Below, in pieces: positions 1 to 14,900 of a DNA stretch of 64,000 nt; the first letter of the stretch is position 1, and every line of letters begins with the position of its first letter. Under the pieces are notes generated by a model that saw only the letters and a program-made list of their open reading frames with translations, had not been told where the DNA came from and did no database searches. The stretch comes from Gnetum montanum. Its lineage: Eukaryota; Plantae; Gnetophyta. The translations under genes were made by a program, and so were the position numbers. The stretch covers positions 666,193 to 730,192 of the forward strand of contig MNCI01000003.1 in assembly GCA_015680685.1 (NCBI GenBank). Direction: 5' to 3'.

Positions 1-3000
1 AAATTTCATCCCTAAGGTAGTGCAAAAATCATCTAAAATTTGAAGCATAAACTTCATTTGAACTTCATTTTTTGCTATAAGGACTACATTATCACCAAAC
101 ATTAAAATATTTATAGGAAAATTGATAACTTTAATAAATTTCAATGCAACAAAGGACATCAATTGTTCTAATTTGTCAATGAAGATGCTAAATAAAGTAG
201 CTAAAAGTGGACATCCTTGCTTTCATCCAATATTGCTATTTAGAATAAATTTTGTCTGTGTTATTATTCAACATAATTTGCACTGAACTATACAATTTTT
301 AACTAGTAGATGTAAATTCATATAAATATCCTACAATTGCCTCCACAATTTATACCTAATAATATTCATAAACTTTAGAAAAATACATAAAGTAAAGATA
401 AACCTTATTAAATAGTCCTTTATCTAGGTCCATACAATACTTTATGTAATCAAGTGATCCAGTGTGGAGTGATTTTACCTAAAACCTACTTGTAAACTTG
501 CTTGAACATTGTTTAATTTTTCCCAACTATTAAGCTTTATCTCAAGTATATTTCCTAATAATCTTGCAAAGCAGTGGTTAATCATAATGAGGCTATAATT
601 GCTAAAGCTATTTCTATTACTTTTTTAAAACAACCTTACTACTTTATTGATGCACCAATCTTCTAGAAGTCCATTCAAGAGATTTCTATTATAAAAAATT
701 ACAAATTTTTATACAAACTATGGTTCCTGCCCATTTAAGCAATTCTACATATAAGCTTGAGGCATCTATTTCTTTACTAAAAGCTAGTCAAACTATCTTC
801 TTCTTTTAAGATATCCTTTTACTTTATTTTGCAGTCTTACATATAGCTTTAATATTGAACATGATAGAATGATGTGATGATTCAAGCAATCTATCACCAA
901 TAGACAAATTAGACATTACATCCAAACTGACATGAGTACAAACAAGTAGGTCAATTACTGATGGACCTTGAAAATCTTCAAAAGTGTATTGCATAGAATT
1001 TGAATATTTGGAAATATCTTTGAGAACTAAAAGATCAAAAAAAATTTCCCAAGAGATTAATTATTGACAAAATTGATTTGTACAAATATCAAGAGAACCA
1101 CTTGTATGTTCCTCATACACCAAATAATTAAAATCTATTGTACATTAATCCAAAACTAAAATTGTTTTGAAAGCAATGTGAGTATTAAAATCTCGATAAA
1201 TAATTACTTTTCAAGTATGACTAAGTTCAACAATCTCATTTCCTAGATATTGAAATGGGTATTCTTTATAAAGTTCTAGGCCATCATAAATGGAAGAATT
1301 TTTGAGGACAAACTAACATAAAGTAAAAAAGATCATATATGTTGATGCTATAATTTATAACCGTGCCTATTACTTATGCTCATCAATATTATAGTAGTTT
1401 ACATAAAATCATCTCTCACTAAATATGCAATACCCCTAAAGACTCTTCTTCAGTTTTCTATCTTCTTATTTTTTATTGAATATTTTTTAAAATTTGAACT
1501 AGCAAACTATGTAGAATCATTTGTCTCCCAAGTTATAGCTAACCCAAAAATGTCAAAAGTAATAAAAAAGGTTTTATACTACATAGAGCTAATATTTTAT
1601 TGGCAACAAATCATTTAATTTTTGAACAACCACAATGTAAAGCTTCTATGCATTTTTTTAAAAATATAACTTTTAGTGATAATAACTACAAAATTTTTAG
1701 TGGTATTGGGGTATTTCTTTTTTGAATTTGATTGATTATACTTATTTGATTCTTATAAAACCTCGAAGTTTAAATGATAAGGAAATATTGCATGAAAAGA
1801 GGAATATCTAGAATGTACAAAAGAGAGAAGATATGTATTTCCTCCTTGCTCACAAGCTAAAATAATAAGGATTTCAAGGTTAATTCCACCTTAGTTTTAT
1901 ACAAGAAGCATGTCTATCATTATATTAATATGCAAGTCATGTCAAGTCCATTATAAGATAATCTCATTAATCTTATTAACAAGAGAAGTAGACATTAAGA
2001 ATGTTGATTCTACTTTAGGAAATAAGTACCTTGAAATGGAAAGATAAACTTTCCTAAGATGGAAAAAATAGACATAGAAGGATGACAATGGTAGATGAAG
2101 AAAAATTTCAAATAAAAATTACCAAGATACTTAATAGAGGCTTAGAAATGCATGTCTAATGTTAATTTTACAAATTATTTCATTTTATACTTCTAAGTGA
2201 ATGATATTTGATTTGAAAAAAGAATCAGTATTTTTTAAAGTAAATTACACATTTTCCTTTTATTCCTTAAGGCATACTAATTTTAAAAAATCTTACACAT
2301 AATGCTTATTAGAAATCATTAATAGAATTGTTGTTGAGATTACACTACTAAATAGGATGTCACATTAAAAAATTGTGAAGATATGAAAGATGGTAAAGAA
2401 CTTAAAATAAGTTTGATTTGATTGATGGGTACAAAGACTTAAGAAAAGGCATAAAGTTTCTTAATAATTATGTCTCATTATTAGGCATGACTATTAGCAA
2501 TATGAAGTTGGAAGTATTAAAACTTCATTAACTATCCAATGGAAGAAGAAGAAAGATTGATTTTGATATTGAAAACCTTATTTAGCATTAGAAAAGGAAG
2601 CCAAAAATCTAGGAAATCAATATTGGAAAGTTAAAAAAAAAACATAAACCAAGATGTTGCATGGTAATGAATCCAAAGTGATACTTCTTACTTATTTATT
2701 TATTTCTAGCATATTTCCTAGTTTAGATTTGTGGAAGTTTCATGAAAATATTCATATGGAGAAGACTGAAACAAGTATGCATTAAAAACTTTAAGAAATA
2801 AATTCTAAAGATTGAAATAACAAAGAAAACTTGAAGGAAATTTCATGGTCAAATATAATAAACAATTTGATGTAATTGATTGTAATGTGTATGAAACATT
2901 AATATTGATTTAAGTAATCATGTAAATACCTTACGATTTATAATCCTTGAGCATTCACTCTTTCTTATAAGAGCAAGGAATTTGATGTGTATAAAATCTT

Positions 3001-3600
3001 TCTTCTTGGTAAATTTTATAGGAATAGGTTTTTATATCTTAGAGGCTTGTCTAGAGGAAAAAAAAGAAGCATTAATTATTGTACATTCATTGCAAGGTAA
3101 TCCACATATCATTGGGCTATCAATATGAGGGGAAATTATCATTATAAAGATGTTTTAGTAATATGTAAGACTAAGTTATGAATTTATTTCAATTTATTCC
3201 ACATTCCATATTTCACATCCCATTACATTTTCACATTTCAATGTATGTTAATTAAAATTAGTTTTCAATTTTCAACATTTCTCTAATCCACTTTTTTATC
3301 ATCCAACATTCAACAATAGTTTCCAACAACTTCATAAATAATTCTTATATTCACACATCGTTAGTTCATAATCTTTAACATTTCCTTCCACATCAATTTC
3401 ATCACAAATATAGTCCAAGAGCAAATTTAGAAGTCCAAAAGATAATAAACTAAAATTGATAAATTCTCCCATGAAATCCAACTCATCCAAACTAATTCAG
3501 TACTTCAAAAGACTCAACAATGCAAGGAAACTCTAACAAGCAAAATTTCATTCTATTCTAACATTAGAATATCAAGTTATCTTAGTTTTTCAATTTGACC
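1..3600 (-). mobile_element. Degenerate LINE (non-LTR retrotransposon): ORF1 relic ~2900-3600, endonuclease ~870-1600, RT N-half 1-620, running off the window
   Basis: Manual minus-strand translation gives APE-endonuclease-like TFEDFQGPSVIDLLVCTH...SHHS, RT motifs NYSLIMINHCFARL..LQVGFR*NHSTLDHL, SNIG*KQGCPLLATLFSIFID and ILMFGDN (YADD position), plus ORF1-like KPIPIKF..GIYM. Many stops; the left-of-ORF1 boundary is approximate. Confidence 0.75.
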
Positions 3601-4884
3601 ATAACTCATGGTCAAGTTGTTGTATTGCATGTTTCATAGATCATGAGTTCACCATGACTTGTGGTATCCTGATTTCTAGTTCTTTACATATCATAATCCA
3701 TGGTTCACTCATTATATCATACCACAACACCACCATGACTTGTTGCTAACTTGTGATGCAAACCATGACTCATGGTTTCCTCATGATTGTTATTTCAAAT
3801 AAGGAAAATTCATCATTACTTGTGATGCATTTGTGATCTATCACTATGACTTATGCAATACTCATGATCAATCACTATGAATTATGGTCAACTCATCATT
3901 CTCAATAATTTAATTTTTTGATTGTTGATCATCACTAGCAATGACTTTAAATTCAAAAGAAAATAAGTTATACATTTATCCAAGAAGAAAAGACACCATT
4001 ACATGTAAAGAAATTAGAAACAAAAGATGATTTTGAGCTTTTCCATTTTGGGTATTTATAGGTTTTACGTTTGTAACCGAAGTGGTGCAGTGCCACAATA
4101 AGTGCAGTAGTGTACCATGTGTGATAGCATGCAAAGTGTGATGTCTTACTAGGTGTAATAGCATACTTTATGTAGCATCGCATCATGTACTATAATGCAT
4201 CATATGTAGCACAACACTGGAAGAGGCAACATACTAGGTAAGGTAGTGGAACAAGAATACATCACCACGCTTTTGAAACAAGCCCAAACTATAGGTTCAA
4301 GTGTGCACAAATAAATCCATACATCTAGGCTTACAAACAAATACAAAAATTATCGTTGGATGCCTCATCAATGAAGTTGAAACATTAATGAGTAAGATTC
4401 TCATGCTTCAAAAACATGATAGCTTAAGAAATTATCCAAAAACCTTGGGCAAAAATGCTTTTGCAATATTTATCTTGGTTAAGACATGATGATAATGACT
4501 TTTCTAGTAATGCATCAACAATTTTCATGTTAATAATTCAAAGGATTCTGATATTGAAATATGCCTACAAATGTATGCTTGTACTTCTTCAATTAGTAAT
4601 TTTTATTTTTCAAATTTTAATAAATTCATTTAGGTGTTGGTATAAAATTGTCTCATTGCTTTTATTTAATAATGGAGTGTTAGCCTAGTTTTTACTATTT
4701 ATTTGGAAACTCTAAGTTATGGGTTTAATTTGAATAGGTAACACTAAATTATAAATTTTTACTTAAGTATTACAAAATTTTTTATTGGCTATAATACATT
4801 TTATTTATAGTTCTTTATATATAAGCATTAAAAAGCATGAACACTGACATAAATCAAACTATTATGTCTAAAAAATCTATTATA

Positions 4885-5395
4885 TGGTATGATAAAATTC
4901 ATCATAGAATAAATTGGTTAAATCTCTTAATCCTCAAAGATGAGCTTGCAAGTTTCATGCTTTCAATAAGTTTAAAGGATTAGAATATTATATTTTAATA
5001 CCATATAAAACTATGATATAAAAGTCTTCAAATATAAAACAAGTTTTTTTTTTGTTTTTTTTTATATTTTTAAAAAGGAATAACTTGTTACAAAAATAAA
5101 GGACTAAAGATGTGATATGATGCAATTCATCATAAAATTAAGTGGTTAAATCTCTTACTTCTCCAATATTAACTTATAAGTTTTATTCTTCCAACAAGTT
5201 CAAAAGGATTAGAAAATTGTATCTTAAGAATATATAAACCTATGATATACATCATATTCTATTATGTGATTCATCATCGAATAAAAAGGTTAAATTTCTT
5301 AACCCTCCAATTTGAACTTACAAGTTTTATGCTTTCAATAATTTCAAAAGAATTAGAAAACTATATTCTAATACCATATAAACCTATGATAGAGA
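4885..5395. repeat. Three diverged copies of a ~140-bp AT-rich unit
   Basis: ttcatcat..ggttaaatctctta..caagtttYatgctttcaa..ggattagaa..ccatataaacctatgata recurs at ~4885, ~5112 and ~5262. Confidence 0.8.
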
Positions 5396-6076
5396 GCTTC
5401 ATTTAAAAAATGTTAAGGATAGAAATATTATGAGAGATTTTTGAAATGTTATATTTTAAAACTATGTAAGAGTTTCTTACAAATTTTTCACTTAAAATAT
5501 CTTATAGCCTTCGGTATTGATGATGGCAATAAAATCAAGATTTGTTTTCTCAATTATAGTACTTAGAATAGCATTATGATTTACTTTCTTACAATTTACT
5601 CTTAATGTTTTTTTACTTTTCCATGTTATTAGTTAAGTATTTTATCATTCCACACTTAAACATACACAAATGAGCATGACTACTTTGAGCATAATGTACT
5701 AGTTTTTGGTAATCCTAGTGGTGAACACTTGGTAACCTAGTAACATTAGTACATGTTTAGGATATGTATGGAAAATTGGGAATAGATGCTCTATGCTTAG
5801 GCAATTTTAGATTATTTCTTTGCACTTGGATTAATTAGTTTATTATTTTATTATTTTAAATATTTTCATAATCATAAACAATCATCATGTGCTTTGATCA
5901 AACTTAACCATACTAAGTAAATCAACACAAGTGTAATTGGAAAGACAACGATCAACATTCTATCACTTAGTACTCTAAAGCATCCATCTAGTCCAAAGTC
6001 CATGGAATTGGACCAGATTATGCATTGATGCTTATGATTCATATGGTTGGGCCTAAAATTACTCTGCCACTTAGCA

Positions 6077-6095
6077 TTAGTGTCATTGCCAAGGA
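6077..6095 (+). promoter_or_regulatory. Primer-binding site (degenerate tRNA-Asp type, consensus TGGCGCCGTTGCCGGGGA)
   Basis: ttagtgtcattgccaagga directly follows the LTR end and differs from the consensus only by transitions. Equivalent sites at 40087, 47298-47304 (-) and 55921. Confidence 0.75.
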
Positions 6096-6249
6096 CATTG
6101 GTGCAAGTGTTTTAGATAACTAAGATTCTTAAAGGATCATTATTAGAACTTAATAAGATTTATTTATTGTCAAAAATAATAGTATTTTATTGTAAGACAC
6201 ACTTGCAAAGTAATAATTTCTTCTTCTAATAGGAAAGATTTCCCACCTA

Positions 6250-9200
6250 TGGTTGATGAAACTAAAGGACAAGATAAAAACATTAGGAGTAAGAACAACA
6301 TGTCACAACAAGTTAATATATTCTACAAACATCCAAATTCTTACCATCTAGAATTTACCTGCATACTTCACCAAAAAACACACATGTAATGAAGAGATCT
6401 AGAGGGCAATATTATGTTATCACCTGATTGATTATTACCATCAATGCTCATGGAAGTGTTGAAGAGACTAGGGCTTAAAGCAATAGCCTAAGAATATGAA
6501 GCAGTCAATGAGATCTCTAAGAATTACAAACCCATAGAGTTCTAGCTATTGAAGGATCAATTCATGGAGTCTTACTATGAAGTTTCCAAAGGAAAGGAAG
6601 CTCCCATTCATCTAACATCATAATCTAAGAAGAAGAATATTGGTTACTAATTAGGAAAATCTTAACACCATGGTCCTCCAACCCTCAGCAGAGATAACTT
6701 GAACTATGCATGGTTATGTTTAGCCTTAACAAGAAACCAAGGCAAGGGAAGAATAGGACCCAAAATAAGAAAAACCTCAAGGCCAAGGTCTCCTAGCAAC
6801 CACATAAGAGAATATCATAGGAATCATAGGATGAAAGTAAGCTCCTAGTTTTCACCCTCATCATCTTCACCATCATCATCAAGCTTTAACGAGGATGAAC
6901 ATGACCAAGATAAGAGAAGAAATGATCATAGACAATATGAAGATTACAACTATCACTAGCATAGGGATGGTAAAATGGAACATAGATGTGAATAGGGAGA
7001 TGAACACCATCATGACAGAAGGCAAAGTAGAAAATGCTAAGGAAGGCATGATCATGATAGGGACCATGAGGACAAGGATGATTACATTGAATCATTTCTT
7101 CTCACAAGATGCACGATCAATATCTAGGAGGTTATTTACATCAAATGGATAGCAAGATCAAAAGGTTAAACATGAACAATATCCCATAGTTTGAGGAAGA
7201 CTATAATGTAAATACATAGCATCATCTACAAGCCTTCCATGATACTTGCATCTTGTAGAATATTGAAAATGATTAGCAAAAGATAAAACTTGTTCTAAGG
7301 ATAATCATTAAATAAGCTAAAAATTGGTATTGGTTCTTGAAACTAGAGTTTATTAGGAAATGAGGTATAATGTTAGAACTATTCAGTGATAAATATCAAA
7401 CATACTTCATGGTGTCCAATTTAAAGAAGAAATATCAAGGATAAAAACAAGATAAACATGAGTCCCTTGATGCAGTCATGAGAAGATACTATTCTATCCT
7501 TCATAGGTGTGCTAGCCATGGCTTTTCTTAAATGGAGCAATTATACTACACCATAGATGAGCTTCACAAGAAGACAATAGAGACTCTTGGGATTTATGCT
7601 CAAGGGAGATGATCCTCATAATAGATATTCTTAAATATGCAAAAAAGAATATATTAAAAAATATATCTACTCAAGGAAGGTATATTAAAAAATATATCTA
7701 CTCAAGAAATGTATATTAAAAAATAATGAGAGTGTAAATGAGCACAACATATATTCTTAAATCTACAAAAAGAATATACATCTTTGTGAACCTAATGAAG
7801 AAGCACCATTCAAGAAGATAGCATAGAGAAAATCCTTCTCCATTCAAAAAATAATTACTAAGGTATCAACAAAGATTGATAAAATGTGAAGCTTCATTAA
7901 AGAAAAATTTCAAATAGAACTAAAGATTGTAGAGAAAAAGGAAAAATAGAGAAGAGCCAAGGAAAAAGACGAAAGGAAGAAAAGAAATACAAGAAATGAC
8001 TATTACCAACAAAAAGGGAAAGTAGCTATAGTAGAGAAGACGTAGAATTCTACATCAGATGATGATTGTTGTGACATTTTCCAACATGAACATTCAAAGG
8101 GTTATTATCCAATAATGTTATACTTACATGAATCTGAGGCTTATGCATTAAACTTGAAGTTCATCAAAAAGTAATTCCCAAGAAGGTTACCTTATCCTCA
8201 AGGCAACTATAGGTAACTCTATCACCATCAATAGCATTATCCAAGTGGCTTCCACCCTAACCCCAAGAGTACTACTAGTGGTGGAAAAATCCATAGTCAT
8301 GGAAAATAGCACTGCCAAGGTAGAAATATCTCTATAGAAAATCTAATCCTTATGGATATTATGTCCAACAACCTATATTACCTAGCATGTTTACCACTTA
8401 TGTTTATGTTCATCACTATTATCCTCTAGAGTAACATAGATTTACCATTTCATATGCTAAATCTTCTACCTCTTATCCTTCATACCCTCTGCAATACTCT
8501 CAACAACCATGCCCCAAATTCTTTGCCACTTGTTCTACCTATGTAGGAAGAAATTCCTTTGTAGCCTCAACAACAAAATGTCATCAAGGCTATAAACTTA
8601 TAGGTGTATGATAATTCCAATGAATCTAGGCATAAGCCTTGGAAAAGATTATTGTCAAGGTCAACCAATCCATCAAAAGCATCATAAGAATTTATGACTA
8701 TCAACTTCATGCAAATCACCTCTAGGATATCAACCAAGCTAGCTTCAAACCAAAATATTCCTAAGGTACAAATTGTCATGCTCACTAATGTAGTCATGGA
8801 CTAGATCAAGGTAGGATACATTTTTAAAAAGAGAACTAATCCAAGAAGCTCATTAATCTACTTATAGATTGTGGAAAATACATCATAAAAGGCTCTACTA
8901 GACTTAGATTCCAGAGTCTCTTTAATTTCTCAAGAGATGTATAAAGCCTAGAGTTTATCACTACTTAAGGAATGTAACATAATATTAGAGCTTTCAAATT
9001 AGTCCATCACTATTCTCTTAGGACTAATAGAATTTGACATGACCACCATAGTGCTTGATCATATCCTACTAATTTATTGATAATCCATGTGAACAATTAC
9101 CAGTGAGACTTTCCTATCATCATGGGAAGAGCTTAGCTAAGTAGAATCAATGCTAAGGAGATTGAGCATAAAAATATAGAGAAGAAGAGAGTTCCATGCA

Positions 9201-10810
9201 TTGCGTATAGTAATACAAGGTATAGCTACATGTAGAATATTTGGATAATAAGTAACAAAACTATCATAGCATGTAGATCATATGTCTAACCAACTAGCAT
9301 TCAAAGGTACTTATATGTAGCAATCACGAAATAAGAGGACACCTAATGATTGACACCAAATGATAGCTCTATCTTTACAATATGTATGGAATTGATAGAA
9401 GTTTGTACAAGCACTTACATTAATAAAATAAATAAAATGGAATAGCTCAAACACCAACTCTTAGATAAAGAACTTAATAAGAAAGCAAAAATAGATTGAA
9501 AACAATTGAAATTTCTTAGATTGTTTGAACAAGAATCCTTGGAACTAAAAATATTACCAAAATCTCTTGACCATGTATTCTTAAAAAATTGAAAATGGTA
9601 GTCATAAAATCCCAACTCATAAATGAACAAAAATAAAAGTTGCTAAAAGTAGTGAATAAGTGGACAATAGCCTTTGCCTATTCATATGATGAAATCACAT
9701 GTATTAATCCATGCATATTCTAGCATATATTCTATATAGACTCTACCATGAAGTCCAAGTGATAGCTACAGAGGAGACTAAATTCTAAGTTCAAGCAAGT
9801 GGCAAAGAAGGAGGTGGAGAAGCACGTACAGGCTAGATTCATCTATTATATAGCACAGTGTAAGTGGATGAGCCCACTCATTATTGTGCCTAAGAAAGAT
9901 GGAAATTGAAGAATTTTCATTAACTTTAGGCTATTGAACATGGTAACTTTCAAGGATCATTTTCTGTTGTCATTTGTAAATCAAGTGTTGGATACCATTA
10001 TAGGTCATAAATACTAGTTTCTTGGATGGGTACAGTGCTTACAATCAAATCCAAATAGCCCTAAAAGACCAGACCAAAACAACATTGACAAGTTCTTAAG
10101 GGAATTTTGAATATAAGAAGATGCTCTTTGGCCTATGTAATGCACCTACAACTTTCCAACACTTTTTTCTTAGCATCTTTCAGTAATAGGCTAGTAGTGG
10201 TATTGTGGTCTTCATGCATGAATTCTTCACCTATGGGTAAGATTTTATGAAAGTACTTGACCATCTAAAGTAGGTGTTGAAACAATATGTAGGGATAAAT
10301 CTTAATCTCAATTGGTAGAAGTGCTATTTAATGGTCCAAGAGGACATTTTCTAGGGGTGGTAGATTTCAAAAAAGGAATTTGAGGTGAAATTCAAAAAAG
10401 ATAAGAGTGATCCAAGAAATAACACAACAATCATAAATAGTAAAAGATGTTTGATCATTCCTTGGATACATAGGCTATTATAGGAGATTTATTAAGAATT
10501 TATCTAAGATTACCAAACCACTGGTGAAGCTAACAAAGAAGGATGCACCATTTAAATGGACTAAGAAATGTGAGCATGCATTCTAACATTTGAAGCAAAA
10601 GCTTATAGAAACTCCAATTACACAAGTTACTAATTGTTTCAAGCCATTTCACAGCATGACAAAAGCATCCAAATTTTCTTTGGGAGCTATGCTTATACAA
10701 TTTGATAATAAAAAATGTCCATACTATATCCATTATGCAAATTAAAGTATTATAGGTGCAATGTTAAACCACACCACAACAAAGAAGAAATTGCTGGCAG
10801 TGATGCATGC
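6250..10810 (+). pseudogene. gag-protease-RT-RNaseH relic of element A
   Basis: Colinear with element E pol: KALLDLDS protease motif ~8890, WMSPLIIVPKKDG and FLDGYSAYNQI and MLFGLCNAPTTFQ RT motifs ~9860-10160, RNase H to ~10810; abundant stops and frameshifts. Confidence 0.85.
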
Positions 10811-11991
10811 ATATGGTTGTAAATTCAAGTTGATGTAATGTGATGTTACTAGATAAGATATGGACTATGTCTAGAAACTGGATTAATAATTATGATGTTC
10901 ATTTTAATCATAATCCATAAGAACATATTGTAGACATGGTAAATCATCTCATATCCTTTAGTTTTTTTTAGTTTCTTCTTATTCCATTATTTATCTCTCT
11001 ATTTCATATAATTTCTTAACTCATGATTTTGATTTAGTATAGTGTAGAATTATGAAGATATTTTTTGTGTGGATATTACATATAGATTAAATCAATATTC
11101 GATTTCTATGTGCCTATGGATATCTTGTGGGATGGTTACACAAGGGTATTAAGGATATGAGCCTCCTTTAGGAAGGATCTACTTGTATAACTTTTAGACA
11201 TCTAGTTTATACATAATCGCCACATGCTCAAATCATTAAGCTATAGTTCCAAGTTGAATGCATTTGTCATGTTTTAATCATATTCTCACACATATCATCA
11301 AAGATTCACATTCCTATTCTTAGTATTATGACTTCTTAATCCTCATAAACCTCCAACTAAACCTCACTCATGTTGTTCTCATATCTAGATCCTCTTTCTA
11401 TCTTTTATTCAATCTTCAAATCACTTCAGAATTTGTAAAAATAAGCTATAAATTCAAAGGAAAATTTTTACGTTGCATTGTATTAACACATCTCTATTAA
11501 TGTAGTTGGATACATCAATGCATTCTCATTGATACAATATCAAGAAACTATATATATGAATTATTGGTAGCCAAACTTTTTCATTTTGCTTCAAACACAA
11601 GGAGAGTCTTTTCATTTTTTAGAGCTCAAAGCCTTCTATAAGTGATAACTTGCCCTATTGATATCTAATTCAATCTATTTTTGATTCTATGAGCTTCTAG
11701 AATTGAAGTCTATGTTGTGGGGTACTAAAACTAGGATTTTTCCAACTTTCAAATAGCCCATAGTTCAAAAGCAAAGGTAGTTAAACTTGATTAAGGGATA
11801 ATAATAACTAAAAAATCAATTAATAACCCACACATAACTACCATAAGACTTCAAATTCTAAAGATTACAATCACTTAAAAATGTTAGGGCTATATTTTTT
11901 CAAAATTAATTTGACTAACAAATAATTAAAGGGTACCTATGCTTGTGCCCATGAGACTAAGGTAAATCAATGATCATCCATGTGATTGCAA

Positions 11992-14900
11992 ATGGCTCCA
12001 AAGTTAGGTCTTTAAGGGGGTGAACCTTCATAGCTAAGGAAGAAGCACTTGAACAGAGGTTAAGAATAGTAACTACAGCAATAGTAAGAAACTAAAGAAA
12101 CTTATGCAACTGGACGACTAAGGAAAGAACTCAAGATGGAATATGTCTAATAGATTTCCACTATGGAAATATGAAAGTCTATGCAGAAAAAGTGCTTAGA
12201 CTAAACCTCCAATCATTTTTGAAGTTTATGCCTAAGTAGATCCATGTGGAGTTGCAAACATCTCCACTTTGGTACATCATTTCCACTAAGGAAGAATGAC
12301 ATCTTATTGAGATTTATCCTAAAACACCATCAAATTTGGGCCACCAAGTCTCAACTATGAATTTTTCTAAGTGTCAAAACTAGGCAAATTTTTTCTAGGT
12401 GTTAAGCCTACGCTCCCATTATTGGGACTACACTCTAGAGCATAGTCAACGTAGTTGGCACAAATAGTCCAGATTTGCAAAATTTTCTAAGTGTTGATAG
12501 CAACTACAAAATTTTCTAAGGGTTGGACTACACTTTCCCTATCGAGACTATGCTCTAGAGCATAGTCAATGTATTTAGCACACCAAGGGCCAGTTTTGTA
12601 GATTTTCTCAAGTGTCAAGCTAGGAGCTATTGAGCTTTCTTGGGATGGAAAAAATAGTTTGGAAAATTTTCTACCAAAAGCTATCAAGTTGGCTTGGCAT
12701 GGAATAAATGGCTCAACAAATTTTCTAACTTCTGAGACTATGCTTCCTACTACACTCTAGAGCATAGTCAACATAGTCTGTAAAGAAACATTAGTTTTTG
12801 GTAGTTTTTCCTAACTATCAAGGTTACTCTCTCATCTCCAAGACTACGCTCTAGAGTGTAGTTAGCATTGGAACACATTTTTTGCAAAATTTGTTTAATC
12901 GTTGGACTATGCTCTAGAGTGTAGTCAGCATAGTCATGTAGAACTACCTCTAGAAGCCTTCAGAACTTAGCATTGGCCTTCATCTCAGCTCCAACATTCC
13001 TTTGGAAAGAAAGATTATCAATTTTCATTTCTTTTGCACCTCCCTATTTTCTCCCAAATTGTACCTACTCTCAACACCAGTTGAGAGAGTGGACATCGTA
13101 GTCCTGGAGCATAGTCTCCAAAATTGCACTTTTTCACATTATTTTCAAGTACATTGCAATCTGTTTGGCATTTTCACATGTAGTCTTGGTAGTGTAGTCA
13201 TAGTCTAGCAATCTCATAGGGTTCATTGAAGCACACCAGCAGAACACCATTTGCTTCAATGGGAGCATAGTTAGGGCTAGGGTAGTCCCAACCACCCCTC
13301 TACCACGTGGCACCTAATCCACAATTCACATCAGCCCTAGCCCTATAAATACCCTAACATTTCATGTTTTAGGGGTCGACATTTGAAGCATTTAGCTAGC
13401 AAATTTGCATTTGAAGCACTCTAGCATTTAAGTGCACTTGGCACTAGTAGACACTGTTACACATCACCACAGCACCATTGCACCCTGCAAACCACCACAG
13501 CACATAAGACATCATAGTGGCCAACCCGACAGGCTTAAACTTCATAGTAGATGTCAATCTTCATAGCCCAAAAACCCTGAGACTGTGAATACACTGCCTA
13601 CTATTCCTATTTGTACACCACGTACCTCCTCACATTTCTTTGTAGTAGAGGCCTTGGGATTGTCCAATGAAGAGATAAAACTCATAGAGATATCAACCAA
13701 AGTGAATACAGAAGTAAAAAAGGAGTGAACTCAATAGTGCTATGGAGTGAACTGCAAGGAGTATAGTACCTTGACCAACGTGAAAAGAATCTACTTCAAG
13801 ATTGTAACTTATCATTTAAATCCAATAATATGACTAAGAAAAATCACATTCTTTTCTACTCAGGCATGTGAAACTCTAAGCAAGAAGTTTCTAATAAACC
13901 TAACCCAACTAATCTTTCCTAAGATCAAGAAGAGATTCAAGAAGAATGAGAAGGGTAGGAAGACACTTTCCTTCCCATGCCTCATCAAAAAAATATGCAA
14001 AAGGGAAGGAATAGCATGTTACATAAATGATGTACTCCACAAGACTCTCAATGCATCATAGTAAGAGATGATGGAATAGGTGTCTTTTAAATTTTAGTAG
14101 GAAGAAGTACCATTACTTCCATCACTAGTCTAAGATAACTTAGGAAGCAACAACAATAATAAGCATCTAATGGTGGTAAACCATCTACCTATCACCCAGT
14201 CATGAGTCATCTAAATAAGGTTGCAAGAATCATTAGCAAATTGCCGAATGATCTAGGGAACTTGTTCTTCATACAAAAAGGCTAAGCCACTATTTTTACC
14301 AATCCTTCCATATTAGAGGTATTATTAGCTGAATAAATTTATAATATTTCGAGTAATGTAATAGCTTTCTTTATAGTACTAGAATAAGGAGAATGTACCA
14401 TAGTGATCATCATGCCACATAAGGGTCATGAGATAGTAGTAAAGGTAGTGGCTAATAGGATTGATAAAACATTGAAGGTTCTTGTCGTACCTATGCATGA
14501 TAACACTACTATGGTAGACATCTAAGTGTCTATAGGAATCAGATCCAAGGAAGTAACTACTACTTAGCATGAGGAAGTGCTAGAAAGACTGGTGGGTACT
14601 AAGTAATTGATTCCAAAGATATTTGATATCTCAAAAGATATATTAGCTATCTAATATGAATTGCTAAAAATAAGGGGTAAGCTCCTAGTTGCAAAAGCAT
14701 ACCTTTAAGAGGCTACCATCATTAATCAATGATTATTAGCTAAGATTGTTCAAGTTAAAGCCCTCTTGTCAAAAACCATATTTTTATCTAAGATTACAAG
14801 GGATGAAGCTTTTCAGAAGCTTCAAGAAAGATAAAGCAAGGTCAAAGAAGAAAAAGAAAAGGTCATCTAGGATGCAACATTATCAAATGCAATATTACAT

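Noticed and set aside
6879-7152. Hydrophobic Met/Ile-rich ORFs (also 48499-48848 and 57470-57935) resembling membrane proteins
   Set aside because: Off-frame or antisense readings of the His/Asp/Arg-rich low-complexity gag N-terminus
7650-7725. 31-bp tandem repeat inside the gag of element A
   Set aside because: Local slippage in a dead element; no functional indication
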